Part shown: piece by piece, positions 62,001-64,000 of the stretch
How the letters are laid out: every line of letters starts with the position of its first letter
Numbering within the stretch: the stretch's first letter is position 1
The notes under the pieces: generated by a model
The model's input: only the letters and a program-made list of their open reading frames with translations
Told to the model about the DNA's origin: nothing
Database searches by the model: none
Assembly: GCA_001949185.1 (NCBI GenBank)
Contig: BDGG01000001.1
Span: 3,055,324 to 3,119,323, forward strand
Length of the DNA stretch: 64,000 bases
Reading direction: 5' to 3'
Source: Ramazzottius varieornatus
Lineage: Eukaryota > Animalia > Tardigrada
Made by a program: the position numbers and the translations under genes

Positions 62001-64000
62001 CATCCCCCTGCTGGACAAGGACGACAACGAGTTCGGTGCCCAAGTCGAAGGAAGTCTGATCTTCACCCCCAAGTCTTACATGCCCGAAAGCATGCATCTC
62101 AACGTCAGCACTCAAATCTTCGGCGATTACGTCAACCTTTTGGAAGCTGGAGCTTGCATGAGCGGTAATTATTTCAAATTTCATCCGTGAAAACTCAGTC
62201 ACTATCAAGATTGTCAAAAACAATCTACACAAATTTTCTTTTGTAATTTTCAGGTGCGGAAAACCTCGTTGAGAAGGTCCTTGGCCCCAACGGTGTTCTG
62301 TCCCGAAGCAAGGTTCTCCGAAAGGCCACTGACATGGTCAAGAAAGTGATGCGAACTGCTGAAGAGATGGGCTACAAGCACCTCAGGTTCGAGAACGTCC
62401 AGAAGGTCGTTCGTGAAGCTCTGCAGATGTTCCGAATGGGCGGCTACGAAGACATCCTCGATCGAGTCCTGTCCACCGTTGAGGACCTTGACACTTCCGC
62501 ATTGTCCTCGATCGTCAACCATATGCGTAGCATGGATGTCGAGAAGATCACCGAGACCATCCGCGAAGCCATTCCCCAATCTGCTCAGTTGAGCAAAGTA
62601 ATTCAACCAAAAAAGATAATTATCAATCTAAAAATTCCGGTTTAATGACTGTAATCGTCATTTTTGTCGTAGGTCGTCCAGAAGCTGAAGCGTATCGATT
62701 TTTCCGATGCCACCCCCGAGACCCTCGTTGAAATCCTTGAAGCTTTCGGTATCCCCGCCCACAAGTCCCGCGAGATTCTCAACCAGGCCAAGTCCTACGG
62801 CGTGAATCTCGACAAGGTCGCCCACACCATCAAGAACCTCGACGTGGATGACATTGAAGAGAAGCTGACCAGCCTGACTACCGGCGATATCAAGAGCAAA
62901 GTGATGCTGGTGATCGACAAGGTGCAAAAGATGGTTCAGTGGGTCACCAAGGAATTCAACATCAACGTCCCATCGCTCCGCTCCGCCACCCAGAAGCTCA
63001 AGAGGATGGTCGAGGATGTTTACAGCTTGGACCAGAACGATGATGGGGAAGATTTCGACAACGAGACCGACGACTCATCTTTCCAGACTCGCAGGTCGAA
63101 GAATAGTGGTGAAAAGCGCCGCAATTCGAGCACCTTTGGAAGCTGGGGTGAAGATGAGGAGGACGATGAGGACAACGAGGAATCCAGCAACCGAGAGGCT
63201 GATGATAATGAAGAGGAACACCGCAGTCGAAGCTCGCCGCAAGGTCGCCGACAAAGCAGTCAGATGCAAGACAAACGAAGTCGAAAACAACAAAACTGGA
63301 AGAGCGCCCGAAAGAACGACCACGAAGTTTTGGACCAGATGACCTGGGGCAAAAACGTCAAGTCCTACAAGCGAGACTCCAACGATGAGGACCGTGATGG
63401 TGAAGAGGATGATGAAGATGTCGATATCCTCGCATTCGTCCGAGTTCTCGGTACATCCCTCTCGTCAAATTTCATCACATGAAAATTTTAAGATCGTTTT
63501 TTTTATTCATATTTTATTTTTCTCTTGCAGGAAATGAATTGGGCTGGGTGACTTTAGATGACATTACCGACCTCCTGGATTTGGAAATGATGAAGGACAA
63601 CTTGAGAAGGCGTGGTGGCTACTCTGGATTCTTCCGGGATATCCTTGACGGTTTCGACGTCCAGCCAACCGCCGCCATCAAGATGGAAGGTCTCCACCAC
63701 ATCTCCACCGGTCTCGGCCTCCCTCTCCAGATCACTCTGAATCTCACCGGTATCGCCACTGTCCACGTCAAGGTCCAGCCCGAAGGATCTTCCCTCAAGA
63801 CTTCCCGCATCGAGTTCGAGCCATCTGCTGCACTCCAGCTCGTTGGTGGAATGGCCATCGATCTCCCGTCCATCACCAAGATCGCCGTTGTCCAGAACAC
63901 CACCGCCAAGTCCGAAATGGAGCTAAAGCTTCGCTTCGACCTTCAGTCCGACACGATGGAGTTCCACTTCGAAAAGCCTGATGAGGAACTGGACATTATC
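59065..64000 (+). CDS. Large lipid transfer protein (vitellogenin / apolipophorin-like), 3'-truncated by the window edge
   Basis: Signal peptide MARLALLCLASLLCSSAWA; YEYRYFGKAETG..DCKVRLSVPEPCEFHLK; EEIWVVNLKKAIIDALQ; EHGIHGLCPT; LKAIGNLG; KPEVRMAA; AFVRVLGNELG; STGLGLPL. Strongly C-ending codons suggest high expression. Confidence 0.88.

Noticed and set aside
59366-63909. Long antisense ORFs over the LLTP gene (also seen over KANSL1, ihog, TnT and MICAL)
   Set aside because: These are shadows of biased sense-strand codon usage.

Overview
This is eukaryotic, gene-dense invertebrate DNA with short GT-AG introns (mostly ~50-100 nt), so the ORF track shows only exon fragments. I rebuilt gene models by hand from splice signals and reading phase. 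In order: KANSL1/NSL1 (+); two small His/Pro-rich orphan paralogues with a shared upstream motif module (+); an ihog/boi-type Hedgehog co-receptor with a long mucin-like stalk (+); three tandem secreted C2-fold proteins resembling the tardigrade AMNP (Mn-dependent peroxidase) family (-); troponin T (-); a 5-Ig Kirre/NEPH-architecture membrane protein with an ~8.5-kb first intron (-); a six-exon chitin-binding type-2 gene largely invisible in the ORF track (+); MICAL (-); a divergent RFX transcription factor (+); and the 5' part of a vitellogenin/apolipophorin-type large lipid transfer protein (+, runs off the window). The AMNP-like cluster and compact introns suggest a tardigrade (inference). 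The best candidates for undescribed biology are the His-rich PPxY gene pair with its promoter module, and the diversifying AMNP-like trio. Family assignments rest on remembered motifs, not on database searches.
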